Shown here: positions 8,234-16,963 of the stretch, piece after piece
Layout: each line of letters begins with the position of its first letter
Numbering within the stretch: the stretch's first letter is position 1
DNA from: Candidatus Poribacteria bacterium
Lineage (GTDB): Bacteria; Poribacteria; WGA-4E; WGA-3G
Assembly: GCA_022827625.1 (NCBI GenBank)
Contig: JAJEIE010000024.1
Span: 40,227 to 104,226, forward strand
Length of the DNA stretch: 64,000 nucleotides
Reading direction: 5' to 3'
Made by a program: the position numbers and the translations under genes
Notes under the pieces: model-generated
The model's database searches: none
What the model saw: the letters and a program-made list of their open reading frames with translations, nothing else
Told to the model about the DNA's origin: nothing

Positions 8234-8458
8234 TTAACATTGTTGTGGGTGTGAGTCGATGGCTTGGGTCAAGGCGAACTCTAAAAGGGCGATTGCTTGT
8301 TCCCGAGAGACAGAAGGGAATCCTTCAAGAAAATAGTCAAGACTCTCTCCAGCTTTTAGGTGATCAATGAGTGCCTTTACGGGAACACGAGTACCAGTAA
8401 ACACCGGTGTTCCTCCATGAATCTCAGGATCCTGATTTATCACTTGTTCTGGTTTCAT
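8234..8458 (-). CDS. DUF433 domain protein (antitoxin-like HTH)
   Basis: Contains DPEIHGGTPVFTGTRVPVKALIDHLKAGESLDYFLEGFPSVSREQAIALLE, the canonical DUF433 pattern. Confidence 0.8.
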   Translation of the reverse strand: MKPEQVINQDPEIHGGTPVFTGTRVPVKALIDHLKAGESLDYFLEGFPSVSREQAIALLEFALTQAIDSHPQQC

Positions 8459-8639
8459 TTTTTAGGGTTCTCCTTGTTATTTTTTGGAAAACAAACCTTT
8501 GATCTGCCTGAGTTACTACCTGGGGACGACCTATTAAGTTGTCCTTGCTTTTGGTCTCCAGTGTCAAGGCATCTTTACCCAAAAACTTTGATAAAATTAT
8601 ACAATTTTCCGCAGCGAGGATGCCAATCAAACTCACGTT

Positions 8640-9512
8640 TTAGTCAACATCTCCTGCCTCTAAGTATTTTAGCGGGCTTTCGATGATGTAGTCCCCCGAC
8701 TCCTCAAGAAACTGCTGCACCAGATAGACATGCCCGACACCGATAATCAGAAGGATTCGATCATCGGTAGACTCAGTGATGCGCGTCAGATTTACAAAGA
8801 TTTTGAGATTCCGTGCGTACCAAACATGGGCGAGCCAATCTGCCCCCGGATATTGGTCGCCAAGTCCAATACGGGCATCATGTATGTATGCTCGCTGGCT
8901 CGCGCGGGTCCTTACAGGGTGATTGAAGCGTATATACTTGTCAATTATCGATTCATATTTCTCAATTTTTCCTGAATCTGTCGGATCTCCGAAACGGTGA
9001 TCCTCAGGGGATCCGAAAAGGTGCTCCTGATTGTGAACTTTTGCAAACTCGCTTCGGTTTATCAAGTGATCCTTAATTTTTTCAAGGATCGGGTTTCGCT
9101 CTGGCCAATAATCTACACAATATATTGTTGAATGTCCAAACGCTTTTGCCAACCTATAGCCGATCTGATCCCCCTCGTACCGCTCAAGTTCGTATGTCCC
9201 ATTCAAATAACCTTGATACCTTTTGTTTTCAGAGGCGCAACGGCTTGGATCCAATTCAACCGCTATTTTGGTAGGTTTAAACGCTTTAAGGTGTTCAAAC
9301 ACTTGTTTAATCTCGCGCTGGCGTTTGGGCACAAGGACATCATCCGCAAAGTGCCAACTACCAAGAATCATAATTGTCGGTTTTTTCATCATTTGCTTAC
9401 TTTCTCCTGTAGATACGTCTGTCTGATTCTCGCTTGTGGCTGTGCCGGCAATAGATAGCACGGCGGCGAGTAAGGTTATGAAATAGAGTTTGCATTTCAC
9501 TAAGATTCTCAT
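8640..9512 (-). CDS. DUF5694-like protein (TraB/GumN/erythromycin-esterase-like fold), secreted; paralog 1
   Basis: I moved the start to ATG 9512, which has a GGAGAA RBS, giving MRILVKCKLYFITLLAAVLS as signal peptide. Family-like pattern: MILGSWHF...VLVPKRQREIKQVFEHLKAFKPTKIAVE...YQGYLNGTYELERYEGDQIGYRLAK...LLIIGVGHVY. Confidence 0.6.
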   Translation of the reverse strand: MRILVKCKLYFITLLAAVLSIAGTATSENQTDVSTGESKQMMKKPTIMILGSWHFADDVLVPKRQREIKQVFEHLKAFKPTKIAVELDPSRCASENKRYQGYLNGTYELERYEGDQIGYRLAKAFGHSTIYCVDYWPERNPILEKIKDHLINRSEFAKVHNQEHLFGSPEDHRFGDPTDSGKIEKYESIIDKYIRFNHPVRTRASQRAYIHDARIGLGDQYPGADWLAHVWYARNLKIFVNLTRITESTDDRILLIIGVGHVYLVQQFLEESGDYIIESPLKYLEAGDVD

Positions 9513-9689
9513 AAAATTTTCTCCTATCTGTAGATTAAACCCTTCCAAAAAGGATCATCAAATTTCAGCAACTCTGGTGGAGGGTAAAAACAAATGACCA
9601 CTTCCGCTGTAGGCACGGTTTCCCAACCGCGCCGATCGCACTGTTCCATTAATTCCAAACTTCACCTTAAAATAATGGGTTTAAAGTGT

Positions 9690-10619
9690 CTACTTCTCCG
9701 CCGCGTCCAAGTATTTCAGCGGACTTTCAACGATGTAGTCCCCGGACTCCTCAAGAAACTGCTGCACCAGATAGACATGCCCAGCACCAATAATCAGCAG
9801 GATCCGTTCGTCGGCAGATTCGGTGATGCGGGTGAGATTGACGTAAATCTTTAGATTCCGATCGTACCAAGAGTGAGCGACCCAATTAGCACCTGGATAT
9901 TGGTCGCCGTTCCCTATACGCGCGATCCACCGTATATATCGTTGATGGGACACACTTCTACCTTCAGGCTCGTTGTGGCGTATGTACATGTCAATGATCG
10001 GTTCGTATTTCTCAGGCTCAATCCAGGTTACGCCACTTTCATCTTGTATAACTTTTCCATCAGTTGTAGGCGGAGGTGGAAGAAGATGTTCCTGATTATG
10101 TGTCTTCGCGAACTTTTGATAGTCTATTAAATCCCAATCAAAACCATCTGGAAAAAAAGGGTGATTGTCTGGCCATGGCCAATAATCAACGCCATACACC
10201 TTTGGATGTTCCATCTGTTTTGCTAATCGAAATCCAATCTGGTTACCTTCCCCGCGTTTGAGTTCGTACGTTCCTTTGAGATAGGCTTGATAGTTTGCAT
10301 TGATCTCGGCATCAAATCTTTCATCTGCCTCAAGGGCTATCTTGGTAGGTTGAAATGCCTTAAGCTGTGTGACGAGTTGCTCAATTTCCTGTTGGCGTTT
10401 AGGGGCGAGGACATCATCCATTTTGTAGTTGAAGGCATCCATTCCCGGATTTGATAAGTGTCCGCTGCCAAGAATCATGACTGTCGGTTTTTGTACCATT
10501 TGCGGAGTTTCTCCTGTAGAGGAATTTGTCTGACCATCGCTTACAGCTATACCTACCGTAAATAACATACCAGCAAGTAGTACCGCTGTATAGGTTTTGC
10601 AATTTGCTAAGACTTTCAT
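9690..10619 (-). CDS. DUF5694-like protein, secreted; paralog 2
   Basis: Start moved to ATG 10619 (MKVLANCKTYTAVLLAGMLF). The C-terminal ~60 aa are nearly identical to paralog 1 (NLKIYVNLTRITESADERILLIIGAGHVYLVQQFLEESGDYIVESPLKYL). Confidence 0.6.
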   Translation of the reverse strand: MKVLANCKTYTAVLLAGMLFTVGIAVSDGQTNSSTGETPQMVQKPTVMILGSGHLSNPGMDAFNYKMDDVLAPKRQQEIEQLVTQLKAFQPTKIALEADERFDAEINANYQAYLKGTYELKRGEGNQIGFRLAKQMEHPKVYGVDYWPWPDNHPFFPDGFDWDLIDYQKFAKTHNQEHLLPPPPTTDGKVIQDESGVTWIEPEKYEPIIDMYIRHNEPEGRSVSHQRYIRWIARIGNGDQYPGANWVAHSWYDRNLKIYVNLTRITESADERILLIIGAGHVYLVQQFLEESGDYIVESPLKYLDAAEK

Positions 10620-10696
10620 AAAACGTTCTCCTATCTCTAAGGCGGTTGATAGCCCCAAAAAGGGGTTACCAAATTTCCAACAATTAGGAAAGCACG

Positions 10697-11491
10697 TTAT
10701 CGAGTTCCTGTTTTGCCTGAATCCAAGTATTGCAACGGGCTTTCTATATTATAGACCTCGGAGTCTTCCACAATCTGTTTAAGGAATCCTAAGTGCCCAG
10801 CACCGATGATTAGCAAAATACGCTCATCTTCTGATTCCGTAATTCGGGTGAGATTGACAAAAGTTTTGAGGTTCCGATTATACCAAAAATGTGCGACCCA
10901 ATTCGCCCCCGGGTACTCGTCTTGAAGACCAATTCGGGCAATCCGTAAGTAGTCGCGGAGGTTTGTGCGGATCTCTTCATCTTGGTTCTCCCGTATATAC
11001 ATGTCAACTATGGGTTCGTATTTTTCAGGCTCAATCCAGATTCTGCCATCTTCATCCTGCGTCATTTTTCCAGTAGGTGGCGGTCCCAGAAGATGTTCCT
11101 GATCGTTCGTCTCTGCAAACGCCCCGTAATCTGTCCAATGATCCTCCCGATCCTCCCGAACGATTGGATCATCGCGCAAATAATCTACACAGTGGACCTT
11201 TGGATGTCCCATCTGTTTCGCTAATCGGAATCCAATCTGGTGGATTTCATGGGGTTTAAGTTGGAAGTTGTCCTTCAGATAGGCATCATATTCGTTCTGA
11301 AGTTCAGCCTCCCAATGTGTATCAACTTCGACGGCTATCTTCGTCGGTTTGAAACGGGCAAGTTGTTCAACGAGCTGCTGAAGTTCGGCTTGGCGTTTGG
11401 GTGCAAGGACATCGTCCATTCTATAATTGATTCGATCTGCTCCCCAATTTGCCAAATGTCCACTACCCAGAATCATAAGTGTCGGTTTCAT
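10697..11491 (-). CDS. DUF5694-like protein; paralog 3 (no signal peptide)
   Basis: Begins directly at the conserved MKPTLMILGSGHL core, with a GGAGG RBS upstream. It has the same motif order as paralogs 1 and 2. Confidence 0.6.
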   Translation of the reverse strand: MKPTLMILGSGHLANWGADRINYRMDDVLAPKRQAELQQLVEQLARFKPTKIAVEVDTHWEAELQNEYDAYLKDNFQLKPHEIHQIGFRLAKQMGHPKVHCVDYLRDDPIVREDREDHWTDYGAFAETNDQEHLLGPPPTGKMTQDEDGRIWIEPEKYEPIVDMYIRENQDEEIRTNLRDYLRIARIGLQDEYPGANWVAHFWYNRNLKTFVNLTRITESEDERILLIIGAGHLGFLKQIVEDSEVYNIESPLQYLDSGKTGTR

Positions 11492-11535
11492 TTGCGTGTT
11501 TCCTCCTTAAAAATACTAATGAAAAGGCAAGCACT

Positions 11536-11982
11536 TCATTCATCTAACTCTACCCTAAGAGGAACTTTAAAGGTATTCGGATCTAAGCCTTGTGCTTTAA
11601 GATCGTCAATTGTCTCTTGTAATTCCTCACCCGTCTCTTCCAATTCGTGGATGTATTCTCTATCTTCATCGTTATGTCGAGCGATTTCGAGTTCTATCTC
11701 ATTGAGTCGCTGGAGGTCTCTGAGTAAGCCTTCATCTACGCCAACAACCCGCGGGATAATCTCTAACCACTCTTCCATAAGAGGATGTTCACCTTTGGCA
11801 AGAAGATAAAAGGCATTTTTGAGTGATTTCAATGATGCCTCTGGATCAGCGTCTTTAAGATCAAGATACTTCTGCATCATTTCCGCCGCTTTTTCCTGTC
11901 GTTTTTCTATTGGCAGTTGCAAGTAACGCTCTATAGATGCGAGATCTTCTGTCAGGGCTGCCTGCTCTGAATCACTTAGCAC
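11536..11982 (-). CDS. acidic coiled-coil hypothetical protein; probable lipoprotein whose signal peptide is frameshifted
   Basis: 148-aa ORF from a GTG. The same frame upstream reads FAFGFLGCGSDEQ (lipobox). A signal-peptide-like MRYTIVIGISLSLL starts at ATG 12083 in another frame. Confidence 0.5.
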   Translation of the reverse strand: MLSDSEQAALTEDLASIERYLQLPIEKRQEKAAEMMQKYLDLKDADPEASLKSLKNAFYLLAKGEHPLMEEWLEIIPRVVGVDEGLLRDLQRLNEIELEIARHNDEDREYIHELEETGEELQETIDDLKAQGLDPNTFKVPLRVELDE

Positions 11983-12154
11983 GATCGAAGAATTCTCTTT
12001 CGTAAGATCTTGTTCATCGCTGCCGCAACCAAGGAATCCAAAAGCAAACTAAGAGAGATCCCAATAACTATTGTGTATCGCATTGTATTCTCACTTTCCC
12101 TTTCCGGCGTGTCCGAAACGGGCGGGTACACCGACACCACCCGTTTCGCTCAAG

Positions 12155-14725
12155 TTAAAACATGCGAGACCACTTAAAATCGACTTGATACCCGCGTCCC
12201 TCTTCGAGTGCTTTCGCAAGGTTCACTCTGAAGGGACCCCCTTGGAAGCCTATACCGAGATTAACCTTGGGTTGTATCTGCTCTATGTCTTCCAAGCGAT
12301 ACCACACTTGTCCTACATCTACGAAGGGGATAAGGAATGCCCCGTCTCCTAAACTGTGAGCATACTCCAAGTTGAAGAGGAAGCCGTGGTTGCCCGCAAA
12401 TTCATAAAGCGAGTAGCCGCGGAGTGTTCCGATACCACCGATAACGAATTGACGTTGATAGGGCAGCTGCCCCGTTGCAGTCCCGACCTTTAAACGGGCA
12501 TCAACTCTATCGTCTCCGATGGGATAGTAGTGGCGGAAATGTGCCTGGAAGCGCGTAAAATCAAAATCGGAACCGATTGCAGGACTGGTGTGCTCTACAA
12601 GAAACGTGTTATACCATTCGACTGCATTTTCGCGGTTCTTAAAGTTTTCTCGGTTCTCAAAGTCGTATTTTACGTCAGTCCATCCGCGATTGTCAAAGTC
12701 GTATTTTAAGGAGATACTCCGCATACTGCCAGGGTGTATCGGCGAATTTTGCCGTCCCGCTAATTCGGGGTGTGCTGACCAATTTCTGAGATGGAAGTCC
12801 ATCGTCCGCTGCAGACTGTTGTGTTCTTCCCAAAGTACGAACGCTCCCAACGAATGCTTGATATTTGGAGATTGCCATTGAAGTGCTGTCACCCCACCCT
12901 CTCTGAGATAGTAGTCTTGGAAATCAGTGCCCCACAATGCCCGAACAAACTGCTCACTATCACTAAGCAAGAGGTCTCTGTCCCTGACGGAGGTTAACCG
13001 ATGGATTTGCGCGCTGTATATCAGGTGTGAATCTCCACCTATTGTTACACCGCCACCCGCTCGGTAATTCGTGCTTCGGCTTGAGAGCCCGTAACTTATT
13101 GTGCCGAACCAAAAGGGATCCACTGACCTATCCCTTTGTGTCCGGGAACCGGCTTCGTGAATATCAATTGAGGCAGTCGTTTCGTACCCGTTTGGCCGAA
13201 TCGTTGAACCCGATCCCGTAAAAAAGAGTGGATCGGAATGCCACCGTTTGCCGATTTCAAGTCCACCACCAATCCGCAGCCCATCAACCGATGTGAGGCT
13301 GCTGGCACTCACAGGACGGAAGAGGTCCTCACTTGATGAATTCACTACTTTAGGACGGATTGGAGTTGGTGTCAGAGAGACATTGTTGGTGCTTCCTAAA
13401 ACAGGTTCTGTTGGTTCACTGGGTTCAATAGGTTCGCTGGGTTCAGCGAGTTCTGTTGGTTCACTGGGTTCAACAGGTTCTAAGGTGTCCAACGAACCTT
13501 GCGGATCTGACAGTTTTGGCGGCAATACATGTAACCAGTGTCCGTCATTTTTATAAGTGTCATCAACACCTATATTTGACCACCAAGAACGGATACCCGT
13601 CCGGACCTGACCGCGGTCAAAGTTAATCCCCATCCGAATCGGTTCGGTTGTGTCTGGGTAATCCAACATTTCCCACGGAATTTCCATTTCCACAACCCAG
13701 CCAGTCGCATTGACGTTAGCGGCGACGTTCCACTGATCCATCCATTCGGTTTTGTTTGCCTCCTGTTTGGGAGAGCGGACGAATTTTTTGCCAATCGGGT
13801 TTGCCATGAAGAAGGTGCGATTAGAAAATCTGTGTGTGTGGAAAGGATCGATGCTGAAGGAGACCCAATCCTCTGTCATGTCAAACCTGACATGATCTTG
13901 AATTTGCCGGGCAATGATCTTATCCGGTTCGCTATCATAGAGATGCCATGCGACGTAGATGGCTTCGTTTGTGTAAATCAGTTTAACAACTGTATCATCC
14001 TCGACCGGATTTTCACTACGCGCATTTGTGAAGTTATTCGCTTCGGGGGCAATTTTCCAACACGCATCGTTAAGGGTTCCATCAATAATTGGAACATTTT
14101 CGACTTTTACAGCGAGTAACTCTCTCTGGACCGTGTCCGCAATCGATTTCGACTGCGCCTTCAGCGCATCACCGACATTGATATCCATCGCACCAAAGTT
14201 GCTCAGATTGCTAAGCAAGTCCTCGATCCGTTCTGGTGCGATTTCTCCGACGATGTTGACAAAGGTAGCTTCTCCAGATGTTTCAGGGATCACGATGATG
14301 AAAATCCCATACACCATATCTTCATCAAAAAGTAGACTAATTTCTACAACTTCACTCTCTTCCTTGATTTTGACCAGAACCTCCCAATTATCTTCCTTGA
14401 GCCTCCGCTGAAAGTAGCCGACCAATTCCTGTTCGTCGATGGTGAGTCTATCATAGGTACGAACATAAATGCCGTCCAGCATCCGAATTAACTCGGCAAT
14501 TTCCGGTGTGTTGCTCACCGATTTCGTAACCAAGTTGATAAGTTTTGCCGTTAGATTAACCTCAACTTTTGCTTCAAGCGAGGCTGGAAAATCAAAGATG
14601 ATAAGTCCTTTTCTTTCAGTTTCGTCCGCTCTGTCCTGTTGTGCAACTGCCGACTGCATCGGTATTAGCGATAAAACTAAAAACGATAGTATAAACAGCA
14701 GGACACAGTGCTTTTGCAGTTTCAT
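12155..14725 (-). CDS. outer-membrane protein: N-terminal DUF4252-like domain + CBM9/DOMON-like domain + C-terminal Omp85/DUF5916-like beta-barrel
   Basis: Signal peptide present. The DUF4252-like block (EISLLFDEDMVYGIFIIVIPETSGEATFVNIVGEIAPERIEDL) resembles the upstream gene. A CBM9-like block follows (IDGTLNDACWKIAPEANNFTN...GWVVEMEIPWEMLDY). The barrel motif is FVIGGIGTLRGYSLYEF, and the protein ends in a terminal aromatic residue (KWSRMF). Confidence 0.7.
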   Translation of the reverse strand: MKLQKHCVLLFILSFLVLSLIPMQSAVAQQDRADETERKGLIIFDFPASLEAKVEVNLTAKLINLVTKSVSNTPEIAELIRMLDGIYVRTYDRLTIDEQELVGYFQRRLKEDNWEVLVKIKEESEVVEISLLFDEDMVYGIFIIVIPETSGEATFVNIVGEIAPERIEDLLSNLSNFGAMDINVGDALKAQSKSIADTVQRELLAVKVENVPIIDGTLNDACWKIAPEANNFTNARSENPVEDDTVVKLIYTNEAIYVAWHLYDSEPDKIIARQIQDHVRFDMTEDWVSFSIDPFHTHRFSNRTFFMANPIGKKFVRSPKQEANKTEWMDQWNVAANVNATGWVVEMEIPWEMLDYPDTTEPIRMGINFDRGQVRTGIRSWWSNIGVDDTYKNDGHWLHVLPPKLSDPQGSLDTLEPVEPSEPTELAEPSEPIEPSEPTEPVLGSTNNVSLTPTPIRPKVVNSSSEDLFRPVSASSLTSVDGLRIGGGLEIGKRWHSDPLFFTGSGSTIRPNGYETTASIDIHEAGSRTQRDRSVDPFWFGTISYGLSSRSTNYRAGGGVTIGGDSHLIYSAQIHRLTSVRDRDLLLSDSEQFVRALWGTDFQDYYLREGGVTALQWQSPNIKHSLGAFVLWEEHNSLQRTMDFHLRNWSAHPELAGRQNSPIHPGSMRSISLKYDFDNRGWTDVKYDFENRENFKNRENAVEWYNTFLVEHTSPAIGSDFDFTRFQAHFRHYYPIGDDRVDARLKVGTATGQLPYQRQFVIGGIGTLRGYSLYEFAGNHGFLFNLEYAHSLGDGAFLIPFVDVGQVWYRLEDIEQIQPKVNLGIGFQGGPFRVNLAKALEEGRGYQVDFKWSRMF

Positions 14726-15417
14726 TTGTTCTCCTCCTTGTTTGAGTGATCGTTTGTTTCAGTTTCTGATTTCGGTGCTTCGTCAGGTTTTTCCGAGTTG
14801 ACCTCCGCGGGCCACCATTGGGAATTAGAAGGGTTTACTAAATCACGAAGCGTCTTGGACATCCCCTCTTCCGAACTGGATGCCATAAGGCGTCCAAATA
14901 GAGCACCAAGCTTCTGGAAGTCGATTTCCCCATAGATATTCACAAAACTCCAGCCTTCATTGTCGATAATCGTGGCGAAAATACCGTGCAGTATCCCCGG
15001 TTCTTCCGCATAGAGCAGACTGAGATTGAATTTGTCCTTAATTTTGACGATATGTTCCCACTTTTCGTCTGCAAGTATACCTTGGTAATGGTCTATGATC
15101 TGGTTGAGATCTTCCGTCTCTTTATCGTAGGCTCGGACAGCCGCGCCTTTTAGCATGTTGGCATACGCCGTATAGGCTGTCATGTCTGTGGGTGGATCTC
15201 CATCAGATTTTGGAATGCTCGCCATACCGAAATTGATAAGCAGATTGAAGAATGTTTTATCCAAGTTAATTACCATTTTGGGAGCAGATGTATCTGGCAG
15301 GTCCATCGCTACTTTACCGCGGATGGTCTCTGTTTTTTCTGTGCCGTTGGTCAGAGCATCCGCGTTTGTCAAGACACAGCTGACTATTAAAAGTGCTGTA
15401 AGGGCGAATTTTCTCAT
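14722..15417 (-). CDS. DUF4252 domain protein, secreted
   Basis: Signal peptide, then FNLSLLYAEEPGILHGIFATIIDNEGWSFVNIYGEIDFQKLGALFG. ATGA overlaps link it to both neighbours. Confidence 0.7.
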   Translation of the reverse strand: MRKFALTALLIVSCVLTNADALTNGTEKTETIRGKVAMDLPDTSAPKMVINLDKTFFNLLINFGMASIPKSDGDPPTDMTAYTAYANMLKGAAVRAYDKETEDLNQIIDHYQGILADEKWEHIVKIKDKFNLSLLYAEEPGILHGIFATIIDNEGWSFVNIYGEIDFQKLGALFGRLMASSSEEGMSKTLRDLVNPSNSQWWPAEVNSEKPDEAPKSETETNDHSNKEENK

Positions 15418-16097
15418 TGGGTTTTTCCTTTTTGTTCTGAGTTTTGGGTACCTTCTGTATTCGGAGCATTTTCGGATTCCCGGTTAAGACTATCCAAACT
15501 CCGGTGAATTGCTGATGAAATGTTCATTTTCTTTTTTAATGCCCTGCGCGAAGCTTGTTCAATCTGAACAAACGGACGCTGTGAAGCTTTATTAATCTGG
15601 GCATTTGGCAGTTTCTCGTTGACGACAACGTTGGTTCTCTCCACGGCGTAGTTCAACTTGCTGAGGGCATAATTCAAGTCCTGAGCAGCTTGCATGATTT
15701 TTTGATGCTGTTGATACTGGTAAATACCAAATGCGACAATTCCAAACAGACATGCCAACGCACCTGCGCGAACAAGTGAGAAAGTTAAATTATCCCAGAA
15801 TGTAGATAATTGAAATAACCGATGCCACCATCTTTCACCCTTATCCGGGTGGGCGCGGACATACGCCGCAACCGCATCGAAGACGGCTGGCGGCGGTTCT
15901 GGTCTTGGAAGCTCGTGTAATGCTTCGCCGATTGTTTGGGCAAAGTGAACTTCATCTTGACACGTTGGGCAGGACGTAACGTGTGCTGCTATTCTCGCGT
16001 GTGTCTCTGCATCCAACTCGTCAGCGAGATATGCCTCTAAGGTGTCCTGAACTTCCAGACAAGCTGAATCTTGAGGGCGTGAAAATTGATGATTCAT
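15414..16097 (-). CDS. anti-sigma factor (zf-HC2, single-pass membrane)
   Basis: HxxxCxxC motif (HVTSCPTCQDE), one TM segment (LVRAGALACLFGIVAFGIY), and an ATGA overlap with the sigma gene. Confidence 0.7.
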   Translation of the reverse strand: MNHQFSRPQDSACLEVQDTLEAYLADELDAETHARIAAHVTSCPTCQDEVHFAQTIGEALHELPRPEPPPAVFDAVAAYVRAHPDKGERWWHRLFQLSTFWDNLTFSLVRAGALACLFGIVAFGIYQYQQHQKIMQAAQDLNYALSKLNYAVERTNVVVNEKLPNAQINKASQRPFVQIEQASRRALKKKMNISSAIHRSLDSLNRESENAPNTEGTQNSEQKGKTQ

Positions 16098-16627
16098 CCG
16101 TTATTTCTCCAGTAGGGACGCAAGAGTTCCCGTAACTTCTTACGGGCACGAAATGCGGTTGATTTCACAGTACCTTCGGGTTGCTCTAAAACCGCTGCAA
16201 TCTCTTTGAAACTCATGCCTTCCAGTTCCCGCATAATTATCACTGAACGCATTTCTGGCGGCAATTTTTTGATCGCACAGTGTACCGACGCTTTAAGTTC
16301 CCGCTTGATGACAATTTCGTCAGGCGACGGGTTTGACTGGTGCGTGTGTCTATGCAGTAGCGTTTCGAGTTCAGTTTCGTCTCCTTCTGTTAGCGGTTCC
16401 TGAAATTTCTGCCGCTTTAGCAGATTGAAACAGAGATTCTGCGCACACTTTAGCAACCATGAACGCACGGTTTTCAGACGTAATTTGCGTCGGTGTTCCC
16501 ACGCTTTTATGAACGTCTCTTGTGTTATATCCTCAGCATCTTCTCGGTTTCTGAGTAGATATAGAGCATGCTGATAAATCTGAGCCTTGTGTTTATGGAC
16601 AAGTTCAAGGAATTGATCCTCTGTCAT
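16094..16627 (-). CDS. ECF sigma-70 factor
   Basis: 177 aa. Region 2 is EDITQETFIKAWEH...VRSWLLKCAQNLCFNLLKRQ. Region 4 is LPPEMRSVIIMRELEGMSFKEIAAVLEQPEGTVKSTAFRARKKL. Confidence 0.88.
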   Translation of the reverse strand: MTEDQFLELVHKHKAQIYQHALYLLRNREDAEDITQETFIKAWEHRRKLRLKTVRSWLLKCAQNLCFNLLKRQKFQEPLTEGDETELETLLHRHTHQSNPSPDEIVIKRELKASVHCAIKKLPPEMRSVIIMRELEGMSFKEIAAVLEQPEGTVKSTAFRARKKLRELLRPYWRNNG

Positions 16628-16655
16628 ATTGAAACTCCGCGCGTTTTGAGGTTAA

Positions 16656-16687
16656 CGTTACTACAAACGAGTTGAAAAAAAGTTGCA
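16656..16687 (-). promoter_or_regulatory. conserved 32-nt motif, copy B (putative promoter of the ECF operon)
   Basis: The minus strand reads TGCAACTTTTTTTCAACTCGTTTGTAGTAACG. It ends 29 nt upstream of the sigma start codon and matches 6687..6718 at 29 of 32 positions. Confidence 0.4.
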
Positions 16688-16963
16688 CTTTTCTGAAAAT
16701 TACCGCATAGATACAGGTGTGACGGGAGGTGTAACCTTTGTCAACCGAAATCGTATTTATAAAAATATGGGCTGGCCTGCTTATTAAGAGGCAGTTTTGA
16801 GTCCGGAAGGTTGCATAATTTTCGAGAAATGAGAGCGACCTGAATTTTCACCGCAAAAACGGCGAAACCTCTTGAAGGCGGGGTAGATTAGTTTTTTGTA
16901 AGCGGCTGTAGGGACGGAAATCTATTGATGAAGATTCCTTCCCTACCTCGGTGAGTTCTGATG

